Origin: a virus
Taxonomy: Duplodnaviria > Caudoviricetes
Length of the DNA stretch: 64,000 bases
IMG/VR virus record: IMGVR_UViG_3300013121_000044
Coordinates: 32,001-96,000 of that record
Direction: 5' to 3' (one strand)
Shown: positions 37,409 through 47,821 of the stretch, piece after piece
Numbering within the stretch: the first letter of the stretch is position 1
How the letters are laid out: each line of letters begins with the position of its first letter
Made by a program: the position numbers and the translations under genes
Notes under the pieces: generated by a model
Seen by the model: only the letters and a program-made list of their open reading frames with translations
Told to the model about the DNA's origin: nothing
Database searches by the model: none

Positions 37409-39418
37409 TCACCGCCTTTCCAGCGACACGTTCGCCACGGACGCGCGGTACCGTACCACGCGATCGGAGAGGCCCATGTCGGAGAGCAGTTTTCGGAGCG
37501 CGGGTTTGTAGTCGTTCGGCAGCCCGAGGTCTGCGTAGTTCTCCAACACCGCGTTCGAGGTGTCCGACGGTGCGAGCTCCACCGAGTCGGGCGTGCGGTA
37601 TCGTGCGACCCTCCCGTCCGGGAGGATGAGCTCGTAGAGGAGCTCGAAGGGGAAGACGAGCTTGATGGTGTCTTGCGCGGCGCGCGCTGCGACACTCCCC
37701 ACACTCCCCGCGTCGAGACCTTCCGGAGGCGCAGATTCGACGTACGCGCTGACGGCGGACGCCACCGCGTCTTCGTCCACGACGAACGTGGTCGAACCTG
37801 ACACCGTTCTTGTGGTCTGTGGACGATAGGGGATGGAGCAGGAGACGTACACGGGGTGATGCGCGCGGGCCAGTGCGTTCGAGGCCAGGGTGCGTTCGGA
37901 TCGGCTGGACACGAGCTCTGCGACGGCCCCGAAACCCACCGGGGTTTCGTACGTCACGAGGACCTCGGTCCCCGCGAGCGCCTCACCGGGCCAGCCGAGT
38001 TCCAACCGTGTCACGGCACGCGCGGACTGTGCTTCCATCGGGTTTTCAACGACGACACGATAGGAGAGAGGCTCCCCCGGACGCGGCGCCCGAGCCCAGG
38101 GGCCGTTCCGTCGCGTCGTGTAATACGTCGACCCGGTGACAGGATCGGCGAAAGGAGCAAGCGCCGCAGGAGGTGAGGGCACCTCGATTGCGCGGATGGC
38201 GTAGACCGGACCCCCCGGCAGAAAAGCGCACCCGTCCTGCCGGATGCTCCGGGACGTGGTCGCCGTTGCCCGCGTCCCCGCGCTCACGTGATTGTCGAAG
38301 AGCGGATAGTTATCTCCGATCGAGTACGTGAGGGCGGGAGGTGACGGGAGTTCGTCAGTCGCAGTGGAGAAGGGCACCGAGGGTACTACGTCGAACTCGT
38401 CGTCGCGTACCGCGTGAATGCGGTAGTGAACCGGCGCCTCCGGAAGGCCCGCCGCGAGAACCAGCACGTCCCCCACTCGCACCCCCGACGCCAGAAAGGA
38501 CCCCGAGGGGGGTGCGGTGTCCCGGAATGTGAGCACCTTGCCGTCCGCCCGAGGGCTTGCCGCGCCCACGACGACGCGAACCGTGACTTGATGAAGCGGG
38601 AGACGAACGTACACGTCGGAGTGCCCGAGGACATGAACCCCAGGACTACCTGCCGCGCGATCGCGTGCCATCTCGGGGTCGCCTGCCCCGACCGTAAGCA
38701 CCTCGCTTACCTCCGGGAACGCTTCTCGAAGTCTCGCGTCATTCGAGCGGTCGTTCACGAGCGCTCGGAGAGACAAGGCCGTCGGGGCACGCGCGATGGC
38801 CGACGCGGCGGTCTCTACGTCGAGTCCCCCAGCGAAGTCGACGGGGTTCTCTACGTAGACGAGGTAAGGACTGAACGGGTCGACTCCGTGGAAGCGCCCT
38901 TCCCCCGTGTTATAGGCGACTCCCGTGCGTGCTGCGATAAGCGGCACGTCACACGCCCACGTCGACACGGCGCCCTGCGCGTCGTACACCGGGCGGAGAT
39001 TGCTTGCGGGAACGAAAAGATCCGTCGCGGAGTTCAGGAAGAAGACCAACGCGCGTGTCTTGAAGAAGCGGGCGTTTCGCGGGACGAGCGTGTCGGCGCG
39101 CGTGGAGAAGTGCACCGTCGCGAAGCCCCGGGCGAAGGATCCGCGATCCCGCGCGATGACGAGATTCGAGAGGAGCGCATCCGTCGCGTCGTCCGTCTCG
39201 GCCCCCGGGGGCGCTCGTTGGAGATCACGAAGCGAGTGGCGTGTGCGAAGCGTCTCGATCTGAGCGTGGAGGTCCGCGAAGAGGATCGCGTGGGCGTCCA
39301 CGACGAGGTCGCCGAGCACCGTCTGCGCGTCGTAATCGCCGTCCGGAATCCTCGTCTGGAGGACGTTTCGGGCGCGCGCGGCAGCTTCGGCGGCTTGAAT
39401 AGGGGTGAGGGCGGCCAC
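37409..39418 (-). CDS. Baseplate J-like wedge protein
   Basis: LVIARDRGSFARG, AARTGVAYN, NPVDFAGGLDVET, GDPEMARD. Confidence 0.75.
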   Translation of the reverse strand: MAALTPIQAAEAAARARNVLQTRIPDGDYDAQTVLGDLVVDAHAILFADLHAQIETLRTRHSLRDLQRAPPGAETDDATDALLSNLVIARDRGSFARGFATVHFSTRADTLVPRNARFFKTRALVFFLNSATDLFVPASNLRPVYDAQGAVSTWACDVPLIAARTGVAYNTGEGRFHGVDPFSPYLVYVENPVDFAGGLDVETAASAIARAPTALSLRALVNDRSNDARLREAFPEVSEVLTVGAGDPEMARDRAAGSPGVHVLGHSDVYVRLPLHQVTVRVVVGAASPRADGKVLTFRDTAPPSGSFLASGVRVGDVLVLAAGLPEAPVHYRIHAVRDDEFDVVPSVPFSTATDELPSPPALTYSIGDNYPLFDNHVSAGTRATATTSRSIRQDGCAFLPGGPVYAIRAIEVPSPPAALAPFADPVTGSTYYTTRRNGPWARAPRPGEPLSYRVVVENPMEAQSARAVTRLELGWPGEALAGTEVLVTYETPVGFGAVAELVSSRSERTLASNALARAHHPVYVSCSIPYRPQTTRTVSGSTTFVVDEDAVASAVSAYVESAPPEGLDAGSVGSVAARAAQDTIKLVFPFELLYELILPDGRVARYRTPDSVELAPSDTSNAVLENYADLGLPNDYKPALRKLLSDMGLSDRVVRYRASVANVSLERR

Positions 39419-39427
39419 GGAATGAGG

Positions 39428-39865
39428 TTAACCCGGGGCGTACGGCAGGAGGAGCGGAACACGCTCGCGGGCCACGTTCGTGAGCTCCACCCAGAACTCA
39501 ACCCCCGCCGGGGGGAGCTCGACGAACTGCGCCAGCACCACCGTCAACACCCGTTCGTTCGCAGGGCGCGTAGGGGAGCGGCGATCCGAGGCGCGGAGCT
39601 GTTCGGTGGCGTCGTCGATCGCTTCGAGCACGTCCCCTTCCACGGAAGCGAGGTCCGCCACATTTCCGCTGATCAGGGAAGGGAAGAGCGTCCCCTCCTC
39701 TTTGCGCGTGGGGTGCGACCCCTTCGGCGTCATGAACAGCTTGAGCCAACGACTCGCCAGTTTCTGGACGCCCTCCACGGCGACGGGGGCGTCGCCCAGC
39801 GTGAAGAGGGCGCGCGCAGTCTGCGCCGACGGGTCAATCAACCGAATGTGGAGGTCCTTACTCAT
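39428..39865 (-). CDS. gp25/W-like baseplate protein
   Basis: GVQKLASRWLKLFMTPKGSHP...GT motif; 145 aa; directly upstream of the J-like gene. Confidence 0.7.
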   Translation of the reverse strand: MSKDLHIRLIDPSAQTARALFTLGDAPVAVEGVQKLASRWLKLFMTPKGSHPTRKEEGTLFPSLISGNVADLASVEGDVLEAIDDATEQLRASDRRSPTRPANERVLTVVLAQFVELPPAGVEFWVELTNVARERVPLLLPYAPG

Positions 39866-41034
39866 CCCGGTGACTCATCCCCCCAGAGCCCCGTCCGATA
39901 GTCGTAGACGTGGGGGCCCGTACCCTCCACGACGGGCAGGACCGGAGCGAGGCGTTCGGCGTTCGCGGCCGTCCCCGCAGCCTCCGCGTCGGCCCCCGCC
40001 TCCTGGTGCGAGACGCGCGCGCGCTCTACGAAGACGCGGCGCCGTGACACCTCCTGCATCCCGTCGCTTCGGTCAGCCGCCGCCACGTCGGCGTACGCCC
40101 CGAGGAGGAGCGTCGTCGCACCGAGGGTGTCTTCCGTGCCGAGAGCGGTTTGAGCCTCGGCCCGGCTCGCCGCAGCGGGGGGGTCTCTGCGGAACACCTC
40201 GGAGGCCACGTCGTAAAGGCCCTCGGCTTCAACCCGACGCGCGAGGTCCACCGCGAGGGGGGAGCCCGCGAGGAGCGGGGACGGTTGAGCGACCGCCAGG
40301 GGTTCGTCGGCGCGCGGGACGTAACGGATCCCATTTCCGACCGTGAGGTCGAGCCCCAGGTACGCAGAACCGAGCTTGGCGAACAGCACCGCCAGGGAGA
40401 CGAGCTGCGCGTCGGGGAAGGGCGCGATCTCGGGGCGGTCTCCCGCTCCTCGGCCCTTCCGCGCTGCGCATTCCACCGCTACGCATACGGCCGAGTCGCT
40501 CTCGGGCACAGGAGCCACACGCTCATCGAGCGGCGCCGCGACGTAGATCGCGCCGGATCGAGTCACGACCACGTGGTAACCGGGGCTCCCCCCCGCCGTG
40601 CGCATTGCGGCGAGGAGGCCCGCCGTCTTCTCCGCCACCGAGGTGTCGTCCGCGAAATCGGCGGGGGCGAGGTAGGTCTCATCGCCCGGGTACGGCGCGA
40701 GGCCCGGCGCGCCGGCTCGCCTTGTCGTTCGCACGGCACGATCTGCCGGGGACGCCCCCTCCAGACGCAGGAGGTCGCGCTGAAGGCCGTACGGAACGAG
40801 CAGGATCCGGTCCACGGCGCGCCCTTCGTTGCCGTCGTCGGGGAGGGCGTTGGCGGGGTCCAATACGGCGTACGCGAAGGGGAGGTCCGCGAGGAACCCC
40901 ACCTCCGAGAGCCAGCGGCCCGAGCGGGCCCGGGAGCGTGGGCGCACGTTCAGGTACACCGCCGCCCGACGTTCGCGCGTGCGCGCCTGATCGGTCAGGG
41001 CCGTTCGGAGGACTTCGGAGGCGCGGCCGGTCAT
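39862..41034 (-). CDS. Virion protein with amidase_2-like domain, probably degenerate
   Basis: GYHVVVTRSGAIY...SAVCVAVE...FPDAQLVSLAVL; no obvious HxT zinc ligand. Confidence 0.55.
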   Translation of the reverse strand: MTGRASEVLRTALTDQARTRERRAAVYLNVRPRSRARSGRWLSEVGFLADLPFAYAVLDPANALPDDGNEGRAVDRILLVPYGLQRDLLRLEGASPADRAVRTTRRAGAPGLAPYPGDETYLAPADFADDTSVAEKTAGLLAAMRTAGGSPGYHVVVTRSGAIYVAAPLDERVAPVPESDSAVCVAVECAARKGRGAGDRPEIAPFPDAQLVSLAVLFAKLGSAYLGLDLTVGNGIRYVPRADEPLAVAQPSPLLAGSPLAVDLARRVEAEGLYDVASEVFRRDPPAAASRAEAQTALGTEDTLGATTLLLGAYADVAAADRSDGMQEVSRRRVFVERARVSHQEAGADAEAAGTAANAERLAPVLPVVEGTGPHVYDYRTGLWGDESPG

Positions 41035-41049
41035 GAGAGGAGGTTAGGA

Positions 41050-41757
41050 CTATTGCCGAAGGCCCTGCGCCTTCACGAGCACGTCCTTGATCTTCCCCAG
41101 TTGATGCGAGAGCTGCCCTTGGGTGAGGCCCGTAGCCTTCATGATCTGCGGCCCCCGCAGGACGGGTGCGCCGCCGTACCCTGTACGGTGCTCGAAGATC
41201 TGGCGCTGGACCGGCGTCATGTCGTGCCACGCGAGGTGAACGACCTCGGGGTCGTCGAGGTGCTGGACGAACGAAGGGCCTTCGCCGGACTCCATGTACT
41301 CGCGCTTGGCCACCTCCGCCGAGAGCGCCTGAATGCGCGTCGGAGGCAGACGCATGTGGTCTGCGAGCTCCTCCAAGGAGGGAGGACGACCCAGTTGGTC
41401 TTCGAGCCTTGTCCGCTCGCGGTTGATGTTGTTGAAATCCAGGCGCTTCGCCTCCGGTACGGTGAGGATGGACTGCCGCGCGTACGCCGTACGGGAGAGC
41501 TTCATGAGGTGGTTCGTGACGTGACTCGCCAGCGCCGTGGGCGGCACGTGCTTCGGGTCATAGTCGTGAAATGCCTTGATCGCGAGGCGCTTGGCTTCGT
41601 TCTCCAACAGGAAGACAGGCGCAACACGACTCCAGCGCCCGACCTCGCGCCGGAGGATGGGCTCCATCTGGCGGAGGAGCGCGTCGAGGTCCGCTGAGGA
41701 TCCGGTCCGCTTCCACTGCTCCCAGAGGAGGATGTCCTTGCTCTTGGTCTCGTTCAT
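41050..41757 (-). CDS. Second sigma70-like factor (FliA/SigB-like architecture)
   Basis: AFHDYDP, LEDQLGRPPSLEELADHMRLP (region 3), MTPVQRQIFEHRTG...GLTQGQLSH (region 4). Confidence 0.78.
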   Translation of the reverse strand: MNETKSKDILLWEQWKRTGSSADLDALLRQMEPILRREVGRWSRVAPVFLLENEAKRLAIKAFHDYDPKHVPPTALASHVTNHLMKLSRTAYARQSILTVPEAKRLDFNNINRERTRLEDQLGRPPSLEELADHMRLPPTRIQALSAEVAKREYMESGEGPSFVQHLDDPEVVHLAWHDMTPVQRQIFEHRTGYGGAPVLRGPQIMKATGLTQGQLSHQLGKIKDVLVKAQGLRQ

Positions 41758-44700
41758 GGACTTGGCCTCACGCGTTGACGCACCTTTTCACGGTACTCGT
41801 CCAGGACACGGTCCCAGTCTGCTCGCGTCTCCGGGTAGTCGGACGGCACACCGCGCGTGACCGAGGAGGGTTGAACGGTGGGAGGTTCGGTGTACCCCCG
41901 CTCCTCCGCCGAAGGCGGCGTGAGGTGATCCTCGCCCGTACCGGGCCCCGGGCGCAGCTTGAAGATCCGGTCGTAGAAGCCCGCCGTAGGGCGCGTCGTC
42001 GTGCCCACGCGGACGCGCGCCTCCCCTTGCGTCCCGGCGCGCTCGGTGACCGTGTCGGTGACGTTCTCCGTGGTGTAGGCGAAGTCGTACCGAACCTGCC
42101 CGACCTGCCCCACTTGCTGGAGGGTGCCGACGGGTTTACCGCCATGCCAGAAGCGGATGTACTCGTCCAAGGTGCAACAGGGACGGGCGCAGAGTCGCAT
42201 CGCCACGTCGTAACTCGCGAACGCGTCCGCGTAAACGTTCTCTCGCGGCGCAAACTCGCGGTTAGGGTCCAGGTTGGTCGTGACCGTGGTCTGCCCTTGG
42301 GACGAGAGGCCCGAAGCGGAGGCGGACTGTGCCGTCGTCGCGGGGGTCGGCTGACCTTGCTCAGACCCCGGCGTATCCGCGTCGGCGGCCTCCGCGCGTG
42401 CGGTGTCCCAGTTCCTCCGGTCTGCGTCGGCACCCTCCCCCATGCCACCCGCGAGAGCTTCCACCCCTGCGAAGTCGCCGCGCTCCAGGAGCGCCGCGAG
42501 ACGGGCCCCGCCACGCTCGCGCCGGAGCCGGTGGAGCGCTTGCTCGGCCGCACGAAGGCGCGCTTCGACAACGGCGACGGAGTCCCCGACAATTTCAACC
42601 GGCGCAGAACGCGGTCCGTCCGCGTAGCCCATGGCCTCGGTCCAACGAAAAGCGGCGCCCGAGAGCGTGGGGCGGCCTCCGTGGAGGAGCTGGGAGTAGA
42701 AGGACTCCGCTTGATTTTCGTCCTGAACCACTTCCCGGATCTCGGAGATGAGCTCGGCGGGGGCCGCCGTCACTCGCCCCGCGAACCGCAAGGCGTCGGC
42801 GCGCACGTCGGCCACGAACTCCGCGAAGGTGCGGCAGTAGCTGAGCTGGACCTGGGTCGAGAGGGAGGCGCCCCCGCTCGACACGGACCCCCGGTGCGCG
42901 AAGGACTGCACGTAAGCCGCCACGTGCATTCGCACCGCCATGGAGTCGAAGAGCATCGCGGGGAAGCCCGCGACGAGGTACGGGTGGAAGAAGAGGTTCG
43001 CCCCGCCGGAGCGCTGCGCGTACCGCTGACGCAAGAACTCCTGTTGCACGTAGAGGCGGAAGAGGGGCGCGAACGCGTCGCCTTCGTTCGTCGCGGCGGG
43101 CGCGAGCGCGTCGCCGTGCGGAGGTGCGCTGGTGGTCGTGGGCGGCACCCCGGTTTGACTCCCCGGAAGGGCCGTCGCCCCGCGCGGCGCAATCCGCGCC
43201 ACCGGGCGACTTACCACGGTCACAGGGGCCGTGGATCCGAACTGGGCGGGGGCGCCGCGCGCGAGGATCCCGGTAAGGCCCGCCGCCGACTCCTTCGTGA
43301 GCGTGACGTGGATGTGATCGAAGTGATCCATCTGCTCGGAGTTGGGGGCCTCTCGAAAGTGACGGAGCTTCCGCGCGCTCGCGCGCGTGGGTCGTCCGTT
43401 TCGCCACCCCCCAAAGGCCCCGCCGCTCCACGTGGTGCGCGCGTACGTGATGAAGGCGATGCCGAACGCCTCCGCGTTCTCGATCAACCAATTCGCGATC
43501 GGGGCGCCCACCTCCAGGTTCGCGCGGACGACGCCGTCCCGGCGGACCTTCGGGATCGTGAGGTCGAGGGCGCGGCCGGCCTGATGATCGTCCACCTTCG
43601 CCTCGGGGTCCGTGTAGACCTTCACGCGACGCGTCGGTCGGCTGAGGCCGATCGTGTGGTTGATGACACGTCGTCCCTGAGAGTCCGGGAGGAACTGGCG
43701 GCTGAACGTGCCCGGGAATTGGCGGTAGAGGAAGTCGCGGAACGCGATCGTGCCGCGCTGCGGCGGGATCTGGTTCCTCCCTCCCATCTCGCGATACGCC
43801 GTACTCTCGTAGACGGTATTCTGGGTGTCCCCCCTCGCCAGGACCTCCGGCGGCGGGATCCACCGGTAGGGGTAGTCGGGTCGCGCTTCCGGGCGGACCG
43901 CGTCGAGCACGGGCGCCTGTCGGCCGCCGCGACGATCAGGGCGGGCGGGGACGGCCACCAGGGGGGCGTCACGGACGGACGTGAGGGCCGTGATCGGCGT
44001 GGAAGGTCCGGGCGTCGTCACGACCGGCGTCGGGAGCGGAGGTGCGCGGTCCGCCCTGTTCGCGGGAGTGAGGGCCCCCGCCTGCGCGTTCGAGAACTGG
44101 CGGAGGAACTGGAACCACGGCGGGACCGCTGCGCGCGCCGTCACCGGCCCCTTGAAGTACTCCTCCGGCCAGATGAGGAGGTTCTTGCCGGACTCGGTGG
44201 GCCCCGACGCCTCACCGCCGGTCGACGACCCCACCTTGTGGTGCATGAGCGCGTCGGCTTCCTCGGGATAGCCCACGGTCAGGGCGTGGAGCATGGACTC
44301 CCGGTTCGGTCCGTCGGCGCGGAGGAGCTGTGTCATCACCGAATCGTTGACGTAGATGCGCGTGGGCTGACCGATGTAGTTCTCGTCGTAGGTCCACCCT
44401 CCCGCCGTGATCATCGAGGGGAAGATCACGTTGCAATGCGGCGGCACCGCGAAGAGGAACTGGGGCTTGGCAAAGTACTGCGCGAGACGGATCGGGGTCG
44501 TCGGGGAGACTCCGAGCTCGTGGCCCGTGCCGGGGGCGGGGCTCGGCGCGATGGAGATGCCGCGTGCCGCGTCCTGGGTCGACCGCTGGTCCACCAGGGG
44601 CGTGTCGTAGCGGGGAGCCCCGATGATCCGTCCGTCCACCGGGTTGCCGCCCCCGGAGGTGTCGCCGAGCTGGACGAGGACCGAACACGGGTTCGGCACC

Positions 44701-45626
44701 ATGCCAACCTCCATGTACACCAGACCGAGGGTCTGTTGGACGAGGTTCCAGACTGGCCCCGCATTCCCCACCTGGGACGCGACGTGTCGCTGCATCGCGT
44801 TGAGCGCTTCCAGGTTCCGCGCCGCATTGAAGATCGGGAAGACGCCGACGCGTGCCGCGAGCCGTGAAGGGTCTTCCAGAATCGGCAGGCGTACGAAGCG
44901 GTTATGGAGCTTGGTCTTCTTCACGTGCCGCGCGAAGAAGTTCATCATCGGCACGGCCCGGCGCTCGTTCGGCACCGAGGCAGAGATCACCCCTTTGACG
45001 GGGTTATAGACAAACTCGTAAGGCGCCTGGATGGGCGTCGCGTTGGCGGGCGCCCCCTCGTCCGGATTGGCGTTGCCCCCCGTTGCGGCCTCCCCGCTCC
45101 GTGGGGTTGCCGCCTCGATCTGCGACGCTGTGGAGAGGAGTTCCTGATGGTAGAGGGCGTAGGGGTAGATCAAACCCGGCGTCGAGAAGCCTTGCGCGAC
45201 CGTGTCAGGGGAACGGGACGCGATGATATCGTCCACGTTCGTCATGTAGTGGAAGTAGAGCTGCTGGTAGAGGTGGATGTGGGCCGCGCACGTGAAGGAC
45301 ATCGTGCGCGCGCCCACGGCGTTCGAGTACGCCCAACCGATGATCTCCCCGTCGGCCAGGAGTCGAAACTCGGGCTTCTCCGGGTCGTACCATGCGTCGA
45401 GATAGAAGAGCTGCACCGGGACACGATCCTCGTGACCGAGACGCGAGATGAGCACGTCGGGCAAGAGGTGAATGCGGAACGTGGGGATCTGCCAGACGGC
45501 GGACTCGACCTCGAACCCCAGGATGGGCACTTCGATGCCGTTGATGTAGCAGACCCAAGCTCCCTGGTAGAACGGGTTGTCCGAAGGGACTCCAGGGCTA
45601 CGCGCGGCCGAGGGGTCAAAGGGCAT
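41754..45626 (-). CDS. Baseplate hub-like protein with peptidase M15-like domain
   Basis: 1290 aa; N-terminal CYINGIEVP; PPHCNVIFP; DHQAGRALDL...DHIHV; FHPYLVAGFP. Confidence 0.7.
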   Translation of the reverse strand: MPFDPSAARSPGVPSDNPFYQGAWVCYINGIEVPILGFEVESAVWQIPTFRIHLLPDVLISRLGHEDRVPVQLFYLDAWYDPEKPEFRLLADGEIIGWAYSNAVGARTMSFTCAAHIHLYQQLYFHYMTNVDDIIASRSPDTVAQGFSTPGLIYPYALYHQELLSTASQIEAATPRSGEAATGGNANPDEGAPANATPIQAPYEFVYNPVKGVISASVPNERRAVPMMNFFARHVKKTKLHNRFVRLPILEDPSRLAARVGVFPIFNAARNLEALNAMQRHVASQVGNAGPVWNLVQQTLGLVYMEVGMVPNPCSVLVQLGDTSGGGNPVDGRIIGAPRYDTPLVDQRSTQDAARGISIAPSPAPGTGHELGVSPTTPIRLAQYFAKPQFLFAVPPHCNVIFPSMITAGGWTYDENYIGQPTRIYVNDSVMTQLLRADGPNRESMLHALTVGYPEEADALMHHKVGSSTGGEASGPTESGKNLLIWPEEYFKGPVTARAAVPPWFQFLRQFSNAQAGALTPANRADRAPPLPTPVVTTPGPSTPITALTSVRDAPLVAVPARPDRRGGRQAPVLDAVRPEARPDYPYRWIPPPEVLARGDTQNTVYESTAYREMGGRNQIPPQRGTIAFRDFLYRQFPGTFSRQFLPDSQGRRVINHTIGLSRPTRRVKVYTDPEAKVDDHQAGRALDLTIPKVRRDGVVRANLEVGAPIANWLIENAEAFGIAFITYARTTWSGGAFGGWRNGRPTRASARKLRHFREAPNSEQMDHFDHIHVTLTKESAAGLTGILARGAPAQFGSTAPVTVVSRPVARIAPRGATALPGSQTGVPPTTTSAPPHGDALAPAATNEGDAFAPLFRLYVQQEFLRQRYAQRSGGANLFFHPYLVAGFPAMLFDSMAVRMHVAAYVQSFAHRGSVSSGGASLSTQVQLSYCRTFAEFVADVRADALRFAGRVTAAPAELISEIREVVQDENQAESFYSQLLHGGRPTLSGAAFRWTEAMGYADGPRSAPVEIVGDSVAVVEARLRAAEQALHRLRRERGGARLAALLERGDFAGVEALAGGMGEGADADRRNWDTARAEAADADTPGSEQGQPTPATTAQSASASGLSSQGQTTVTTNLDPNREFAPRENVYADAFASYDVAMRLCARPCCTLDEYIRFWHGGKPVGTLQQVGQVGQVRYDFAYTTENVTDTVTERAGTQGEARVRVGTTTRPTAGFYDRIFKLRPGPGTGEDHLTPPSAEERGYTEPPTVQPSSVTRGVPSDYPETRADWDRVLDEYREKVRQRVRPSP
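42403..42537. repeat. 135-bp exact direct repeat, copy 1 (in the hub gene)
   Basis: Identical base for base to 48176-48310. Confidence 0.95.
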
Positions 45627-46680
45627 GGTGTCCCTCGATGGCGTAAAGGAGGAGCAGGCAAAGGGCGCCTGCGCGCTCTACGACGTGTCCCGAACGCCAT
45701 GCTTCGTCGAGGGTCTCCCGCTCTTCCGGCGACGCCCCCGTCGCGAGGAGCGCGCCCCACAAGGGGGCCGCCGCCGTGACGAAGGCACGCAGGGCCCCAT
45801 CTCCGGGGTCGTCCTCGGGGGAGAGCGCCACGGCTGTACGGCGTACAGACCCAGGCGCGAGCTGCCCGATCGTGGAGCGCAGGAGCACCCGCCGCAGCGC
45901 CGTGCCGAGGGGCGGGGAAGAGGCGCGCGGACGGAGGTGGTTCGCCGCCAGTTGCCGCGCGGCCTCCGCCACAGGATCGACGAGAGGCTCGTGGCCCGAA
46001 GACGCAACGGAGGGGCTCGGCGGTTTCTCGCCGACGGTCAGTACGTAGTCGTAAGCGCTCGCGTAGGTGTACCCGGCGAAGGTCACGCGCGGGCGCGCTC
46101 GTACCGTGACTTGCGCCCCCCAGCGAAAGCCCCGGCGCGGTTGTACTCCGGCGTAGGCCCGCGTTCCGGAACCGCCTGAGGTGCCCTCGAAATGAGGCCG
46201 CGTCACGACGCCCTCGACCACGGCGGACAGATCGTCAATCACGAGGTCCACACCGGCCGGCGTACCTGACGAGAAGTCGAAGGAGGCGTAGATTGTGGGG
46301 CGGCGTGAAACTCCGGATTGCCCGGCGCGGGGCGCGAAGACAGCGGGCGTTACGGAGACCACGGCGAAGCGGCCCGTCGCCGACACGCTTCCCTCGGTGT
46401 CTACGTATTCGATTTCCCAAACACGTGCACCCGTGGGCCAGCCCCCCGTACGTTCGAGCGTCGCAGCGACCCGCGACGACGTGTTCGAGAGGGTGACCAC
46501 GTAAGGCGGCGTCATCGTGAGAAGCCCTCCGGACCACGTCGCGATGGGCGCTCCGTCGACGCGCCACGTAAGTTCCCGCTTGGGTGTGCCCGGCGTGGTG
46601 TTGAACTCGGTGGTCACAACAGTGCCCGTGCTGACAATCGTCAAACTCGGCGGCGACGACGAACGAAGAGTGGCCGTCAC
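45616..46680 (-). CDS. Hypothetical tail protein (beta-sandwich-like)
   Basis: 354 aa; coupled within the tail operon. Confidence 0.65.
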   Translation of the reverse strand: MTATLRSSSPPSLTIVSTGTVVTTEFNTTPGTPKRELTWRVDGAPIATWSGGLLTMTPPYVVTLSNTSSRVAATLERTGGWPTGARVWEIEYVDTEGSVSATGRFAVVSVTPAVFAPRAGQSGVSRRPTIYASFDFSSGTPAGVDLVIDDLSAVVEGVVTRPHFEGTSGGSGTRAYAGVQPRRGFRWGAQVTVRARPRVTFAGYTYASAYDYVLTVGEKPPSPSVASSGHEPLVDPVAEAARQLAANHLRPRASSPPLGTALRRVLLRSTIGQLAPGSVRRTAVALSPEDDPGDGALRAFVTAAAPLWGALLATGASPEERETLDEAWRSGHVVERAGALCLLLLYAIEGHHAL

Positions 46681-47627
46681 CGGGACACCAGAACGTTGGG
46701 GGTGTAATTCAGCGTCTCGGGAGTCGGCATGCTCGCAGCGGCCGGTGCGGCGGGAGTCGGAGCACGGAATACAACAGGAGCGTCGTCCCCCTCGATCGTC
46801 GCGGGGACTTCTCGCACGCGTGCGTCTTCCTCGGGTCGAACTTCGTCGGCGTCGGGCGGGGCGTGGAAAACCACGGCGACGGCGGAGCGGTCGACCTGGA
46901 GTCGCACGTCAGCGGGCACCGCGTTCAGGTCCGTCGCGAAGGGCGTTCCGACGGAGGTGGGCCTCCAGCCGACGGTGTAGTTCGTGATCGCGATTTTTTT
47001 GATGAGGAAGCGAAACGAGAAAGGAACGATGACCTCCATCGCGCCGGAAAGCGAGAGCTCCAGGTCGAGCATGGCCCCGGTGAAGATGTAGCTGTCGATC
47101 TTGATGCTGGCGGCCTTCTGACGCGCGGCGAGTTTTGACGCGCGGAGGACTTCCAAATAGAGCCTCAGGAAGTTCGTCGCCTGATCGTCCTGTACCGTGT
47201 TGAGGAGGGCCCCCTGAAAGGTGGCAATCGGAGGGGACCCCCCGAACGTGTAGAGGACGTAGTTGTCCGCGAGGCTCTGCGCGATCTGTGTGTTCTCGGC
47301 GAAGCCGAGGCGCATCTGTTGAACGAGGTAGTCGACGTAGCCACGTGCGCCACGCGGATCTCCCGCGAGGCGCGGGAGGAGTTGCGTGCGCACGTGGGCG
47401 TCCGCGATGGAGGGTCCGAAGAGGTTCGTGAGCTCTTCGTCCGTCACGCGCACGAAGATCCGAGCGAGGGTGTCCCGGTAGAGGTCGGAGCGGAAGCCTC
47501 GATTCTTGGCGTACTTGGGAGTCGCGCCTTGGATCCACTCGGCGAAAGTTCCCCCGGCTCCCGCGCCCGGGGAGTAAAGGGGGGAAGGCCCCGGCCGGTC
47601 TCGTCCCGGTGCGTAGACCGAAGTCAC
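46677..47627 (-). CDS. Tail-tube initiator or baseplate-associated protein
   Basis: 316 aa; YVLYTFGGSPP..FQGALLN...VPFSFRFLI; follows the tape measure. Confidence 0.6.
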   Translation of the reverse strand: MTSVYAPGRDRPGPSPLYSPGAGAGGTFAEWIQGATPKYAKNRGFRSDLYRDTLARIFVRVTDEELTNLFGPSIADAHVRTQLLPRLAGDPRGARGYVDYLVQQMRLGFAENTQIAQSLADNYVLYTFGGSPPIATFQGALLNTVQDDQATNFLRLYLEVLRASKLAARQKAASIKIDSYIFTGAMLDLELSLSGAMEVIVPFSFRFLIKKIAITNYTVGWRPTSVGTPFATDLNAVPADVRLQVDRSAVAVVFHAPPDADEVRPEEDARVREVPATIEGDDAPVVFRAPTPAAPAAASMPTPETLNYTPNVLVSR

Positions 47628-47821
47628 GGAACCCTCGCGCGTCGGTAGAGGTCAAGCGCACCTCGCCGAACTACCACCGCGAGCGCGAGGCGGTAGAGCG
47701 AGGGACCCTCGGCCACCGGCTCGACTCCCACCCGCAACGCAGAGACGTTCGCCTCGTGACGTTCCAAGGCGACGCGGAGGGCGGTAGCGGGGACACGCCT
47801 TCGGGGAGTTCCGTCGATCAT
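47624..47821 (-). CDS. Small hypothetical protein
   Basis: 65 aa; ATGA and GTGA coupling on both sides. Confidence 0.5.
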   Translation of the reverse strand: MIDGTPRRRVPATALRVALERHEANVSALRVGVEPVAEGPSLYRLALAVVVRRGALDLYRRARVP

